Positions 46,093 through 48,425 of a DNA stretch of 48,425 bases are shown piece after piece. This stretch comes from Nemertoderma westbladi (lineage: Eukaryota > Animalia > Xenacoelomorpha). Under the pieces are notes generated by a model. It was not told where the DNA came from and searched no databases. It worked only from the letters and a program-made list of their open reading frames with translations. Positions within the stretch are counted from its first letter, which is position 1, and every line of letters begins with the position of its first letter. The DNA is taken from assembly GCA_032718475.1 (NCBI GenBank), contig JAUCBJ010006823.1, forward strand, positions 1 to 48,425, in the 5' to 3' direction. Position numbers and translations under genes: made by a program.

Positions 46093-48057
46093 ATGAGTGA
46101 CAAACAAGACTATACGAAGAATACACAAACCGACTATGACTCGTGTGACGGAGATAAGTCAGCAGCGGAAGAACAACAGGGGAAGACTCGCGAGCCTACC
46201 GAACCTACACCGTGTGCGTCACCAGTACATCCAACGGGAGTACCGGATGCCGTAGTACGAGGCGACGGCAGGACCGAGGACTTTCTAACTGTTCCGCAAC
46301 CTAGATATAGGGAAACGGAATTGGTAAGTTCAGCAGGAAGCACAGAAAGTGTGGTTAGAAGCGTCGGTGGATACATGGCGCATATAACCAGGAGCATTGG
46401 AGAAGGCCAACGCATATTAGACGGGTTGACCGCTCCGATGTCTCGATTCGAGTTCTACACCCTCCAGGTTAGAGTACAGAGTAAAGTATATAAGTCCGTA
46501 GATAATCTAGTTGGCCTACAAGATCTAGCTAGACAGAGACAGGACATGGATACTCAACTTAGAATCCTCGAGAAACTAATGATCACTAGAGAGAAACTGA
46601 TTCAGTTTAAGTCGACGATTAGACAGATACAACAGGAACAAGCGGACCAGTTGTTAGGTGAGTCAGTTTCGGACGAATTATTACAGCCCGAGGAAGAACA
46701 GGAACTGTACCGACTGGATGGACAATTGAAACATCTGACGGACCACTTACGCATGTGCGGCGAAGACGTCGGCGATTTGGAAACCGTGCCGGAATACACG
46801 AGGGAAACTTCATTCGCACAAATCGAATCGGCACCGGGAATACTAAATCAATCATTGGTAAGTATTCGTAGCGAAATCTGCGAGGGAAGTATAGTCACGT
46901 CAGAAGTTGCTCGACAACAGCAGCAGTTCTACAGACAGCAACACGAGATGGAAGAACAAGCTCAACTTCTAATGATACAAACAGCAGTAGAGGAAGAGAA
47001 AATACGTGTTGCGAATGTAGCGAGAATCTCTCATCTGCAGGAACAAGCCGAACTCGAAGCGGCCGAAATGGAAAGGTTAGAGTTGGACATTGCCCAACAA
47101 GCGGCAGCGGCCGAGTTAGCGCAACGAACGGCAACAGCCGAGTTAGAGCGACAAACGGCAGCGGCAGCGGCAGCGGCAGCGGCCGAGTTAGAGCGACAAA
47201 CGGCAGCGGCCGAGTTAGAGCGACAAACGGCTGCGGCAGAGTTAGAGCGACAAAGATTAGTTTCGGAAGCCAGAGTCGAGATGAAGACACGGCAAATAAA
47301 AGCCCAACAAGCGATACGACAAGCAGAGTTCGAGGCGCAACAACAACAAACGGAACAACGAGAAAAGGAAGTTAAACTTCGTTTCGAACTTGAGAAGAGG
47401 GCGAGAGAATTAGCCGAAACTAAGGAAAATCTGGATCTTCTAGCCCGCGATCGATCGATGAGATCTCGCGACGGACATGATTTGGACCAGTTAGAGGTAA
47501 GACATCGCCAAATTCAGGAACGGAAGAAGGAAGGAAGCGTAGGAGCACCCGGACGGGAACGACAATTAGTAAAAGACGTGTGTCAACGATTCCCACAGGT
47601 AACTCATATGTTTGCACCGGTTACGACTAAGGAACCTGTTTCGATTGCGGGTAGTAGTGATATTTCTCCTATCCATGGTGCGACGGAACACAGGTTTGTT
47701 ATTCCGAACGAGTTTATACCGCCAAGAGCAACGTCGTCGCCTATTCCGAGAGTCAAGGTAAGTAACCCACCGATTACAGATCGTAGTAGTTTATTGACCG
47801 GACCTGCGCTACTGACGACAAAACAGGTGAGTCCACCTTTGACGCCTAAACCCGTTACACATTACGCTTACCCAATGACGTTTCGACCTACAAGGCCAGT
47901 TGTTTCAAATGCTGTCATTCGCCCACCGGTTCAGTTTACATCGCAATCTACGACTTCGAGGAAGACTTGTGAGCCTACCGAACAACGGAGAACAGTGGAG
48001 ACGCGACCGGTTCAACCAGTTTACATCGCAATCTACGACTTCGAGGAAGACTTGTGA
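46093..48057 (+). CDS. Gag-like N-terminal region (coiled coil, AAAELERQT repeats, Pro/Ser/Thr-rich), ended early by a repeat-induced frameshift
   Basis: 654-aa ORF. Frame QFTSQSTT...RRTVDDVPKR resumes after the third 85-bp repeat and stays open to 48425. Confidence 0.65.
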   Translation: MSDKQDYTKNTQTDYDSCDGDKSAAEEQQGKTREPTEPTPCASPVHPTGVPDAVVRGDGRTEDFLTVPQPRYRETELVSSAGSTESVVRSVGGYMAHITRSIGEGQRILDGLTAPMSRFEFYTLQVRVQSKVYKSVDNLVGLQDLARQRQDMDTQLRILEKLMITREKLIQFKSTIRQIQQEQADQLLGESVSDELLQPEEEQELYRLDGQLKHLTDHLRMCGEDVGDLETVPEYTRETSFAQIESAPGILNQSLVSIRSEICEGSIVTSEVARQQQQFYRQQHEMEEQAQLLMIQTAVEEEKIRVANVARISHLQEQAELEAAEMERLELDIAQQAAAAELAQRTATAELERQTAAAAAAAAAELERQTAAAELERQTAAAELERQRLVSEARVEMKTRQIKAQQAIRQAEFEAQQQQTEQREKEVKLRFELEKRARELAETKENLDLLARDRSMRSRDGHDLDQLEVRHRQIQERKKEGSVGAPGRERQLVKDVCQRFPQVTHMFAPVTTKEPVSIAGSSDISPIHGATEHRFVIPNEFIPPRATSSPIPRVKVSNPPITDRSSLLTGPALLTTKQVSPPLTPKPVTHYAYPMTFRPTRPVVSNAVIRPPVQFTSQSTTSRKTCEPTEQRRTVETRPVQPVYIAIYDFEEDL

Positions 48058-48169
48058 GCCTACCGAACAACGGAGAACAGTGGAGACGCGACCGGTTCAA
48101 CCAGTTTACATCGCAATCTACGACTTCGAGGAAGACTTGTGAGCCTACCGAACAACGGAGAACAGTGGA
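47932..48169 (+). repeat. 85-bp tandem repeat x2.8
   Basis: cagtttacatcgcaatctacg... starts at 47932, 48017 and 48102. Confidence 0.95.
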
Positions 48170-48425
48170 CGATGTTCCGAAACGAGCCGTTAGAATTCGA
48201 ACGACGCAACGGACGCGAGCCCGTCGACCACCATATCCAGATGATAGTAGTACTTCGAGCGAATCGGATTACCCGAAACGCGAGGTATTTAGAACAGGGG
48301 CGGCCGATGAATATAAACGCGAGCGTTCAGACAACTCCTTTGCAGATAATCCTCCACAGAATACACCGACACAGAAGGCGTTACCACCAGCGGGCGCGAT
48401 CGGTGCGCAACAGTTCGCCGACATT

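Larger units (their letters stand above)
43546..48425 (+). mobile_element. Second LTR-retrotransposon family (copy D): end of 5' LTR, long leader and Gag-like ORF running off the window
   Basis: AATAAA at 43654 and putative LTR end GGTGAACA at 43713; 2.4-kb leader with a tandem duplication; ORF architecture parallels the BEL Gag N-terminus. No diagnostic domain inside the window. Confidence 0.6.

Overview
AT-rich eukaryotic (animal-like) DNA made almost entirely of nested transposable elements, plus one fragmented host gene. It holds three copies of one BEL/Pao LTR-retrotransposon family: A (1-3872, -, 3' part), B (3873-15959, -, both 1259-bp LTRs) and C (35789-43125, +, 5' part). The start of a second LTR family, D, runs from about 43546 to the window end. 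Copies A and B are non-autonomous Gag-protease elements: RT/RNase H and integrase are removed by frame-preserving deletions. Both carry a second, non-env ORF before the 3' LTR that has a shared N-terminus but unrelated Cys/His-containing C-termini. The 3' LTR of B is a recombinant. A chymotrypsin-family (S1) serine protease gene on the minus strand (exons 33475-33275, 33047-32752, 18225-17916; catalytic triad intact) spans a 14.5-kb intron. That intron contains RTE LINEs, an inverted pair of Penelope-like elements with hammerhead-like motifs, a foldback/MULE-type element with an 8-bp TSD, a 30-bp minisatellite and a 63-bp satellite. All alignments were done by eye, boundaries of degraded elements are approximate, and the host species cannot be determined.
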